Part shown: positions 1 to 7,152 of the stretch, piece after piece
Layout: each line of letters opens with the position of its first letter
Position numbering within the stretch: position 1 is the first letter of the stretch
Assembly (NCBI GenBank): GCA_030740155.1
Contig: JASLXV010000076.1
Location: 1 to 13,748 of the forward strand
DNA from: Dehalococcoidia bacterium
GTDB taxonomy: Bacteria; Chloroflexota; Dehalococcoidia; Lucifugimonadales; UBA3495
Reading direction: 5' to 3'
Length of the DNA stretch: 13,748 nucleotides
The notes under the pieces: model-generated
What the model saw: only the letters and a program-made list of their open reading frames with translations
The model's database searches: none
Told to the model about the DNA's origin: nothing
Position numbers and translations under genes: made by a program

Positions 1-505
1 CGGCGACAATACCTCTGAGCAGCCGCTCGCCGGGTAGCGGGAGCCTTCGAGTGCGTTCTCGCATGGGGCACTACCATCGATTCCGGAGCGTGGAACGCGT
101 GACCATTATCACGGGCCGGTCCGGTTGAACGCACCGCTATAAACGACGCCCTGGTGCCCCTCCCAGCTCCCGGAGACGATGGCCATCGGGCGACCCTGCT
201 TGAACCGGTATTAGTAACCCAAAAGAGGACTGGATCTAAGAGGCCAGCGATGGACAATGAGGCCGTGTTAGTTGCAGGGCGTCCGCATCTGAGCCAGCAA
301 TGGAAACGCCGCCGCCTCTGACCTCAAGTCTGATTAAGAGTATAGGCCGCCGACAACACCTGTTCGTCGCTTGGCCCGCGGAATTTCACCAAGGGGCCGG
401 TCCCACTTGGTCTTTCAACTGTACGAACCAACCGCACGGCCTGGCTATAGGCTCTAGTCACAGAAGATGATTGCTCCCTTGTTCTGATATATCCTCTCTA
501 GGGTG

Positions 506-511
506 TATAGT
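506..511 (+). promoter_or_regulatory. Candidate -10 element (TATAGT) for a leaderless HTH/recombinase transcript
   Basis: TATAGT at 506-511 lies in an AT-rich patch, 6 nt before ATG 518. There is no Shine-Dalgarno before 518 and no clear -35. Confidence 0.35.
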
Positions 512-517
512 AATGGG

Positions 518-736
518 ATGCTACAGGGGTATGCTACCACGAGGCAGGCGAGCGAAAGGTCTGGCATTTCCCAGGCCCATATCAGGCGGTTGATGGAGTA
601 CGGAACACTGGCGGGTCTAAAGGTGGGACGGGACTGGTTGGTGTTGATCACATCACTCGAGTACTACATGGCTAACAGACCGAAGCCAGGTATAAAACCG
701 GGAAGGGGACGCCGTGGCAAACGCGAATGGACATGA
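518..736 (+). CDS. Excisionase-like (HTH_17/MerR-type) DNA-binding protein, candidate recombination directionality factor
   Basis: ATTRQASERSGISQAHIRRLMEYGTLAGLKVGRDWLV fits the Xis-family winged HTH pattern, and there is a basic C-terminal tail. It overlaps the recombinase start. ATG 518 is preferred to GTG 503. Confidence 0.75.
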   Translation: MLQGYATTRQASERSGISQAHIRRLMEYGTLAGLKVGRDWLVLITSLEYYMANRPKPGIKPGRGRRGKREWT

Positions 737-2333
737 TGACCGGCCCATGTCGGCCGCCCTATACGCCAGGGTGAGTACCGATGACCAGCGGGACCGCCAC
801 ACCATTGGCGGCCAGATTGAGGCTCTACGGGGTTTCGCGCCTCACTGGAACATGAACATCGTTGAAGAGTACCTGGACGATGGCATCTCCGGAACCGTGC
901 CATTAGACAAGCGGCCAGCAGGCTCACGCCTGACCGAAGACGCGAAGGCCCACAAATTCGACGTAGTGATTTTCTACCGCCTGGACCGGCTGGCCCGGAG
1001 CCTGCGGACCTTCCTGGACATCGTCGACTTCTTCGAGGAGGTCGGAATAGGGCTCCGGTCCATGACCGAGACCTTTGACACTACTAACCCCATGGGCCGG
1101 TTCGCCATACAGATGATAGCTGCTGTTGCTGAGCTAGAGCGGGGGACAATCATTGAGCGCACCAGCATGGGACGAGCGAGGGTGGCGACCATGGGCAAAT
1201 GGACGGGAGGTGTGGTCCCCTACGGCTACCTGGTCGATGTCGACGGTTACTTGACCCCCGACTGGACCCCGAGGAACGGGTGTGCGTTCTCCGAGGCAGA
1301 GATCGTCCAGCGTATCTTTCGGATGATAGCTGATGAACGTAACTCCGCTATGGCCACCGCCAAACAGCTCAACGACGAGGGCATCCCGATGTGGCGGAAA
1401 TACCATCGCCGTGGTCAGACAGAGGCACAGTACAAAGCGAAGCCTGGGGCATCGTGGTGGCCGACCAACGTAACTCGGATAATCCGCTCCGAGACCTACA
1501 AAGGCACCCATGTCTGGGACGCCAAGGGCCGGAAGATTGAGCGTGAAGTCCCGACCTTGGTTGACGGTGAGATCTGGGAGCGGGCACAGCGGCAGCTCGA
1601 CTCTAACAAGCGCCTGTCGAAACGCGAAGAGGACCACCTGTATCTTCTCCGGGGCCTCGTCCAGTGCTCAAACTGCGGCAGAATGTACGTGGGTTCGCTC
1701 AATACCGCCAAGGGGGGTGATTGGAGGCGCTACTATTACCGATGCGGGTCGCAGCTTGGGGACAAGGCTGGCCGAGAACGCTGCGACGCCAAGGTGATAG
1801 GCACCGATTGGCTTGAGAATTTGGTGTGGGAGGATATAGAGTCCTTCGTGATGAACCCAGGTGGGGTAATAGACAAGCTTCAGGAGCGGATTGAAACGGA
1901 ACTCCAGGCCGCACCTTCCGAGGGCAGGAAGCGTGAGCTACAGCAGGCCATAGCTTCCAAGGAGACAGAGAAGGACCGGCTCCTGGACGCATACCGAAGA
2001 GGGCTCATCGACATCGACGCCCTGGACGCCCACGTTCAGCGGTCCCGGCTAGAGTTGGAGCCACTGCAAAAAGAGCTAGCCAGCATGGCAGCCGCGGACG
2101 CCGAACGTGGTGTGAACATCGGCAAGTTGGCCAATGCCGAGAGTCTGCTCAAAACGCTCCGGGACACAATCCAGGGCACCCTCGATTGGAAAACAAAGCG
2201 CCAGGTCGTAGAGGCGCTGGTGTGGGGTATCTCCGTACACACGACCGGGGAGGGCCGCAAGAAGAAGGCCACAGTCGAGGTTACTTACGCTTTTGAGCCC
2301 ATATTTCATGCTGTAGAAAGCGGCACAGCTTGA
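714..2333 (+). CDS. Large serine recombinase (integrase)
   Basis: Catalytic YARVST and RLDRLAR motifs, AVAELER helix, PYGY, recombinase domain, zinc ribbon (CSNCG...YYRC...C) and coiled coil. The start is GTG 714 (GGAAGGGG upstream) or ATG 747. Confidence 0.95.
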   Translation: MANANGHDDRPMSAALYARVSTDDQRDRHTIGGQIEALRGFAPHWNMNIVEEYLDDGISGTVPLDKRPAGSRLTEDAKAHKFDVVIFYRLDRLARSLRTFLDIVDFFEEVGIGLRSMTETFDTTNPMGRFAIQMIAAVAELERGTIIERTSMGRARVATMGKWTGGVVPYGYLVDVDGYLTPDWTPRNGCAFSEAEIVQRIFRMIADERNSAMATAKQLNDEGIPMWRKYHRRGQTEAQYKAKPGASWWPTNVTRIIRSETYKGTHVWDAKGRKIEREVPTLVDGEIWERAQRQLDSNKRLSKREEDHLYLLRGLVQCSNCGRMYVGSLNTAKGGDWRRYYYRCGSQLGDKAGRERCDAKVIGTDWLENLVWEDIESFVMNPGGVIDKLQERIETELQAAPSEGRKRELQQAIASKETEKDRLLDAYRRGLIDIDALDAHVQRSRLELEPLQKELASMAAADAERGVNIGKLANAESLLKTLRDTIQGTLDWKTKRQVVEALVWGISVHTTGEGRKKKATVEVTYAFEPIFHAVESGTA

Positions 2334-2337
2334 AATA
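2302..2337. other. Putative hybrid attachment site (element/host junction)
   Basis: TATTTCATGCTGT (2302-2314) and ACAGCTTGAAATA (2325-2337) are inverted repeats matching at 12/13, with a 10-bp spacer. ComF-like coding begins at about 2324. Confidence 0.7.
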
Positions 2338-2761
2338 CCGGGGCGTTCGCGCTGCCGCCCCGGAGTTGGGCCGCCTGCTGGCCAAATTTCTGGCCGGCCA
2401 TCCGGCGGCGGGAGAGGTGCTTGTGCCGGTACCGTTGCACCCCCGGCGATACCGGAGCCGCGGCTACAACCAATCGGCGCTGCTGGCCCGGGAGCTGGCC
2501 AAGGTCTCGGGCCTGGCGTTTGAGGAGGGGCTGCTGGCCCGGATCACCAACGCACCGCCGCAGGCCGGCGCGGCCTCCCGGCAGCAGCGGAGGGCCAACG
2601 TTGAGGGAGGGTTCCGGTGCACCGGCGAAGTTCGAGGAATGAAAGTGGTGCTGGTCGACGACGTGGCCACCACCGGGAGCACTCTGTCGGCCGGCGCCGC
2701 CGCCCTCAAGGCTGCCGGCGCCGCCTCGGTCTGGGGGCTGGTCCTGGCCCGGGAAGGCTGA
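2324..2761 (+). pseudogene. comF: 3' part of a ComF-family (phosphoribosyltransferase-fold) competence gene, interrupted
   Basis: HSLKYRG, LVPVPLHPRRYRSRGYNQS, RRANV and the PRPP loop VVLVDDVATTGSTL are present. The N-terminal zinc-finger region is absent and the frame is closed upstream by TGA at 2294-2296. Confidence 0.9.
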
Positions 2762-2801
2762 GGCCCGGATCCGGACCCATCGGGCTGGAAGGAGACCTGG
2801 T

Positions 2802-3782
2802 ATGAAATATGGGTTCACCATCCCGGGAAGCGGTCCTCTGGCCGCGCCGGAGGCCATGGTGGCCGCCGCCAAGCGGGGCGAGGAGTTGGGGTACGACTGC
2901 CTCACGGCCTCCGACCACATTGTTCTGCCCCGTAACGTCGGCTCTTTGTATCCGTACAACCAGCGCCGCGTCCATCCCAGCACCGTGAGCGGCTCCTGCC
3001 TGGAACAGCTTACGGTGTTGTCGTTCTTGGCCGGTCAGACCGACCGTCTGCGGCTGGTTACCAGCGTCATGATACTGCCCCACCGCAATCCCATAATAGC
3101 CGCCAAAGCGCTGGCCACCCTGGATGTCTTGTCTCAAGGGCGCCTGACCGTGGGCGTCGGCGTGGGTTGGATGCGAAAGGAGTTCGAAACCCTGGGGCTC
3201 TCGTATTTCGAGGAGAGGGGCGAGGTCACCAACGAGTTTATCCGGGCGTTCAAAGAGCTGTGGACCAGCGATAATCCTTCTTTCGACGGCCGGTACTGCC
3301 GGTTCTCCGACATCGGTTTCCTGCCCCAACCGGTGCAGAAGCCCCATCCGCCAATCTGGGTGGGCGGGGAAAGCCGCGCGGCCATTCGCCGGGCGGCCCG
3401 GCTGGCGGACGGCTGGCACCCGGTAAGCTCGAGAATCAACCCTCAGTCCGGCGGCCCGGAGCGGCTGGTGGCGAGGATCAGAAGTTTGCGCCTTCAGGCC
3501 GAAGCGGTGGGCCGAAACCCGGACGAGATCGCCGTCATCTACCGGGTCCACGGTTACGGCCTGGAGAACGGCGCGGGCGCGGCGGCATCAAGCAACGGAG
3601 ACCGCCACCCCTTCTCCGGCAGCGCGGACCAGATCGCCTCGGACATCCGCCGGTATGAGGAGCTAGGGGTCAGCCAACTGGTGGTAGACTTCGCCGGTCC
3701 CGGCAGCTCCCGCCGGAGCGATCTGGGGCAGGCATTGCAGGACATGGAGGACTTCGCCACCCAGGTGTGGCCCCAGGTATAA
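2802..3782 (+). CDS. LLM-class (luciferase-like) oxidoreductase, probably F420-dependent
   Basis: SDHIV, LATLDVLSQGRL, GVGVGWMRKEF and PQPVQKPHPPIWVGG motifs; AAGGAG RBS at 2789-2794. Confidence 0.9.
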   Translation: MKYGFTIPGSGPLAAPEAMVAAAKRGEELGYDCLTASDHIVLPRNVGSLYPYNQRRVHPSTVSGSCLEQLTVLSFLAGQTDRLRLVTSVMILPHRNPIIAAKALATLDVLSQGRLTVGVGVGWMRKEFETLGLSYFEERGEVTNEFIRAFKELWTSDNPSFDGRYCRFSDIGFLPQPVQKPHPPIWVGGESRAAIRRAARLADGWHPVSSRINPQSGGPERLVARIRSLRLQAEAVGRNPDEIAVIYRVHGYGLENGAGAAASSNGDRHPFSGSADQIASDIRRYEELGVSQLVVDFAGPGSSRRSDLGQALQDMEDFATQVWPQV

Positions 3783-3855
3783 CCGCCGGCCGCCACGGGA
3801 CACGATACCCGAAACGACAACCTTGGACGGCCGTTTACCTTCGATTGACCCCCGA

Positions 3856-3884
3856 TTGACCCCGGCCGAGGTAGAGAATACAAT
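3856..3884 (+). promoter_or_regulatory. sigma70-type promoter for the SelA-like gene
   Basis: TTGACC (3856-3861), 17-bp spacer, TACAAT (3879-3884). Confidence 0.7.
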
Positions 3885-4027
3885 TGCCCCACCCTTGGCG
3901 GCAGCGCAGACCAGACGCTTTTTCCGGCACATTGCTCCATCCGCCGGAAAGCCCGTAAGTCGATCGGGCTCGATGCCGCCCAGGCGACCGATCTTGTATC
4001 TGATACTTCAACCCTCAGGAGGACCTT

Positions 4028-5164
4028 ATGGCTACCGGCAAGAGAGACCCGGCGGAGGCGTATGGGAGGCTTGGGCTCAAGCCCATCATCGTCGCCACCG
4101 GCGCGACCACCCGGCTCGGCGGGACCAGGACTCGCCCGGAAGTGTTGGAGGTGATGGCCGAAGCCGCCACGGTACTAGTGGACGTGGGCGAGCTGAACGA
4201 TAAAGCCGGGGAGGTCATCGCCCGGCTCACGGGCGCCGAAGCGGGGTTCGTCTGCAGCGGCGCCGCGGGGGGGCTGCTGCTGCAGGCCCTGGCGTGTATC
4301 GCCGGCAGTGACCCGGTGAAGATGCATCGTTTGCCCAATACCGAGGGAATGAAAGACGAAATCGTCATCCAGAACATGCATCGCTTCCCCTACGACCAGG
4401 CGTACCGGGCCGCCGGCGGCAAGCTTGTCGGAGTAGGCGGCGGAAAGCGTTGCCACGGCTGGGAGCTGGAAGGAGCGATCGGCGAGAATACCGCGGCGGT
4501 GGCCTACCTCTGCGCTCCATTGACCGACCGGCGCACGTTGCCCCTTGACGAAGTCTGCGACATCGCCCATCGGCACGGGGTTCCCGTAATTGTGGACGCC
4601 GCCTCGATGCTGCCGCCCCGGAGCAACCTGCGCCGGTACGTGGCGGAAGGGGCCGACATGGTGGTCTACAGCGGGGGAAAGGGGGTCCGAGGGCCCCAGG
4701 GAGCGGGCATTCTCTGTGGGCGGAAGGACCTCATAGCGGCGGCTTCAACCAACGCCAGCCCCAACCAGTTCCTCGGGCGTCCCGCGAAGGTGTCCAAGGA
4801 GGAAATCGTGGGGCTGATCACGGCGTTGGAAATCTTCGTGGATGAGGATGAAGAAGAGGAGACTCGCCACTACCGCCAGCTAGCCCAGCAGGTGGTGGAT
4901 GCCATGTCCGAGTTCCCCGGCTTGGATGTGACGCTGATGCACGACGATTTTGACTACCTGACCCCCAGCGCCGTGATTCGGTTCAACGGGGAGTGGCGTG
5001 GCCCTTCTCGAAGCCAGGTGGCGGCGGCCCTGGAGCAGGGCGACCCCGCCATTCACCTCAATCTACTGGGCCGGCCCGACGAACTGGCGGTGTCGCCGCT
5101 GAACCTGCTGGATGATGAGGTCCCGATCGTGGTGCGCCGGCTTCGAGAGGAGCTGCTGCGATAG
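4028..5164 (+). CDS. SelA-like PLP-dependent enzyme (SelA/DgaE-related, substrate unknown)
   Basis: IVATGATTRLGG, GAEAG..CSGAAGGL, PVIVDAA and the PLP-lysine motif YSGGKGVRGPQ..G; GR..KVSKEEIVGL; AGGAGG RBS. At 378 aa it lacks the N-terminal extension of true SelA. Confidence 0.85.
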   Translation: MATGKRDPAEAYGRLGLKPIIVATGATTRLGGTRTRPEVLEVMAEAATVLVDVGELNDKAGEVIARLTGAEAGFVCSGAAGGLLLQALACIAGSDPVKMHRLPNTEGMKDEIVIQNMHRFPYDQAYRAAGGKLVGVGGGKRCHGWELEGAIGENTAAVAYLCAPLTDRRTLPLDEVCDIAHRHGVPVIVDAASMLPPRSNLRRYVAEGADMVVYSGGKGVRGPQGAGILCGRKDLIAAASTNASPNQFLGRPAKVSKEEIVGLITALEIFVDEDEEEETRHYRQLAQQVVDAMSEFPGLDVTLMHDDFDYLTPSAVIRFNGEWRGPSRSQVAAALEQGDPAIHLNLLGRPDELAVSPLNLLDDEVPIVVRRLREELLR

Positions 5165-5206
5165 TCGCGCCGGGAGCTACTTCAGCTCGACCAGGAGGAC
5201 GTGGGT

Positions 5207-5473
5207 TTAGCTGGTCCCCAAGACCTCGGTGGAGTGGGAGTGAGCGTCATAGTACATCGCCTGGCCCGCTTGTAGCTCGGCTTCGAAGGATGCGCCGTCG
5301 CCCAACGTGAACTTGAACTTGCCGCCTGTGATGGCAATAGCCACCAGGTTTGGATGCGTGTGCATCTCGGTCTTCATTCCAGAGCTGCCTTTGAATTCAA
5401 GCACTCGTACTTGGTCGTTTTCCAGCAAGACTTTATAGGCATGGGGTGCTACTGCTACGGCGTCGCCTGGCAT
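5207..5473 (-). CDS. Small cupin-domain protein
   Basis: DAVAVAPHAYKVLLENDQVRVLE and MHTHP...HSHSTE fit a cupin metal-binding pattern; AAGGAG RBS upstream on the minus strand. Confidence 0.85.
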   Translation of the reverse strand: MPGDAVAVAPHAYKVLLENDQVRVLEFKGSSGMKTEMHTHPNLVAIAITGGKFKFTLGDGASFEAELQAGQAMYYDAHSHSTEVLGTS

Positions 5474-5534
5474 TCTACTCTCCTTCTACTGTTGATTACC
5501 TGATTCTCGGTTCGTCCTGAAAATGGATACAGCC

Positions 5535-5563
5535 ATACTAGGGGCGGCCCGGCCGGGTGGCAA
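5535..5563 (-). promoter_or_regulatory. sigma70-type promoter for the cupin gene
   Basis: Minus strand reads TTGCCA, 17 bp, TAGTAT. Confidence 0.5.
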
Positions 5564-5598
5564 TACGTACTGTTAGGGGGCTAATGCAGGAGCGGCCT

Positions 5599-5607
5599 TG
5601 CTAAAAT
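5599..5607 (+). promoter_or_regulatory. Extended -10 promoter candidate for the DAO-family gene
   Basis: TGcTAAAAT about 35 nt upstream of ATG 5643. Confidence 0.45.
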
Positions 5608-5642
5608 GGACCTAGATCGTGGCGAATACGGGAGGAGTTCCG

Positions 5643-6788
5643 ATGGCGCAACAGAACAAGCGCGGCGGGCCCAGCGTGGTGGTAATCGGCGCGGGCATAG
5701 TCGGCGCGTCCATAGCCTATCATTTATGCCGCCGAGGCGCGTCGGTCACCGTAATCGACGAGCATAGTCCGGGGTCCGGAGCCTCCAGCCGCTCCTTTGC
5801 CTGGATCAACGCCACCGCCAAGGCGCCGGCCTTATACCACGACCTCAGCCGGCGCTCCCAGGAGATGTGGGGCCGGTTCGCCGGCCATCTGGGAGGCGAC
5901 GTGGGCCTGCGTTGGGGCGGGCGGCTCCAGTGGGTCGCAACCCCCGAGGCCGCTGAAGAGATGTACCAGCTGGTCAAGCAGCTTCAAGGGTGGGGCTACC
6001 CCTGCCGGATAGTCGACAAAGCCGAGATGCTGGAGCTAGAGCCGGGGCTGTCTCCCGGGCCGGTTACCGCCGCCATCTATACTGAAGCTGACGGGCAGGT
6101 CGACCCTGTAAAGGTCATCGATGCCTGCTTGCAGCGTGCCGCCCAGTGGGGCTTGAAGTTGCACCAGGAGACCCCTGCTACCGGCTTAACCCTGGCCGAA
6201 AGCGCGACCGGGGACGTGCGGGTGGTGGGGGTGGAAACCGAAAGGGGCAATCTGCCCTGCGACGTGGTGGTGCTGGCGGCGGGAGTAGGGATAACGAGGC
6301 TGGCCGCCATGGCGGCGATCGACCTTCCCCAGCCGGTAAGCCCCGGCGTGACCATCAAGACCGACCCGCGCCCGCCGTTGTTGCCCACGGTTCCGGTCCT
6401 GTACCCGCCCACGCTCCAGGACGGCCGCGGGGTGATACACATCCGCCAGTCCACCGACGGCGTGGTGACCGTGGGCGAGAGCGCCGAAGCCAGCCTGAGC
6501 CTCGATGACTCCCAGCGCCACGCCGACGACGTGCTGGCCCGGGCGGTCCACTATCTGCCGGCCCTGGCCGGAGCCAAGGCATTCCCGGCCGCGGTGGCCT
6601 ATCGCCCGATGCCCCGGGACGGCTTCCCGGTGCTGGGGTTCTCCCAAGCAGCCCCCAACGTCTACGTTGCTTTGACCCACAGCGGCGTCACCCTGGCCCC
6701 GCTGATTGGTGAACTGGCCGCCCTGGAGATCGTCGAGGGCGCCACGGTGGAAATGCTGAGCGCGTACCGCCCGGACCGGTTCACCTGA
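5643..6788 (+). CDS. FAD-dependent oxidoreductase, DAO/glycine oxidase family
   Basis: VVVIGAGIVG Rossmann motif, GSGASSRSFAWIN, RPMPRDGFPVLG and THSGVTLAP. ATG 5643 follows GGAGGAG. Confidence 0.92.
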   Translation: MAQQNKRGGPSVVVIGAGIVGASIAYHLCRRGASVTVIDEHSPGSGASSRSFAWINATAKAPALYHDLSRRSQEMWGRFAGHLGGDVGLRWGGRLQWVATPEAAEEMYQLVKQLQGWGYPCRIVDKAEMLELEPGLSPGPVTAAIYTEADGQVDPVKVIDACLQRAAQWGLKLHQETPATGLTLAESATGDVRVVGVETERGNLPCDVVVLAAGVGITRLAAMAAIDLPQPVSPGVTIKTDPRPPLLPTVPVLYPPTLQDGRGVIHIRQSTDGVVTVGESAEASLSLDDSQRHADDVLARAVHYLPALAGAKAFPAAVAYRPMPRDGFPVLGFSQAAPNVYVALTHSGVTLAPLIGELAALEIVEGATVEMLSAYRPDRFT

Positions 6789-6848
6789 CGCGGCCCGCGG
6801 CCGGCGGTGAAACTGGCTCATTACCCGACGGCCTCTAATGGACCATCC

Positions 6849-7117
6849 TTCGACAAGCTCAGGACGAACGGGGGGGAGATCAAGGCGAACGGGAGGGGAG
6901 ACCCGAGCGAACGGACGAGAATCCTCCTCTACCGTTCGTGGTGAGCTTGTCGAACCACCTGGTCAGGTGGAAACGCTCCTCCTCACTGTTCGTGGTGAGC
7001 TTGTCGAACCACCTGGTCAGGTGGGAACACTCCTCCACCGTTCGTGGCAAGCTTGTCGATCCACCTGGTCAGGTGGGAACGCTCCTCCTCACCATTCGTG
7101 GTGAGCTTGTCGATCCA
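6849..7117. repeat. REP/BIME-like cluster: one inverted copy plus four tandem copies of a ~23-bp motif
   Basis: TTCGACAAGCTCAGGACGAACGG (6849-6871) faces CCGTTCGTGGTGAGCTTGTCGAA-type copies in units starting at 6931, 6985, 7037 and 7091 (periods 54, 52, 54). CCACCTGGTCAGGTGG palindromes lie at 6955, 7009 and 7061. Confidence 0.9.
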
Positions 7118-7152
7118 TTTGATTGGATCAGTTTGCCAGACCGCCGAGGGCA

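Larger units (their letters stand above)
1..2323. mobile_element. Right-hand end of an integrated serine-recombinase element inserted in comF; the left end lies outside the window
   Basis: An xis-like HTH gene plus a large serine recombinase directly abut a 5'-truncated comF, with an att-like inverted repeat at the junction. No comF 5' half is recognisable in 1-450. Confidence 0.8.

Noticed and set aside
1..77. Start of a minus-strand gene running off the left edge (ATG at 64 or 77)
   Set aside because: Only 21-25 codons are visible, with no clear RBS or recognisable motif.
411..449. Second att site (TCTTTCAACTGTA...GCACGGCCTG loosely resembles 2302-2337)
   Set aside because: The match needs gaps, and no comF 5' coding sequence lies to its left, so it cannot be supported as the other junction.
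4028..5164. True selenocysteine synthase selA with a tRNA-Sec upstream
   Set aside because: The protein is short and of the SelA-like type, no selB or selD is nearby, and the upstream structure lacks tRNA T-loop and D-loop consensus.
6931..7117. CRISPR array
   Set aside because: The sequences between the repeats are near-identical to each other rather than unique spacers, an inverted copy lies upstream, and no cas genes are present.
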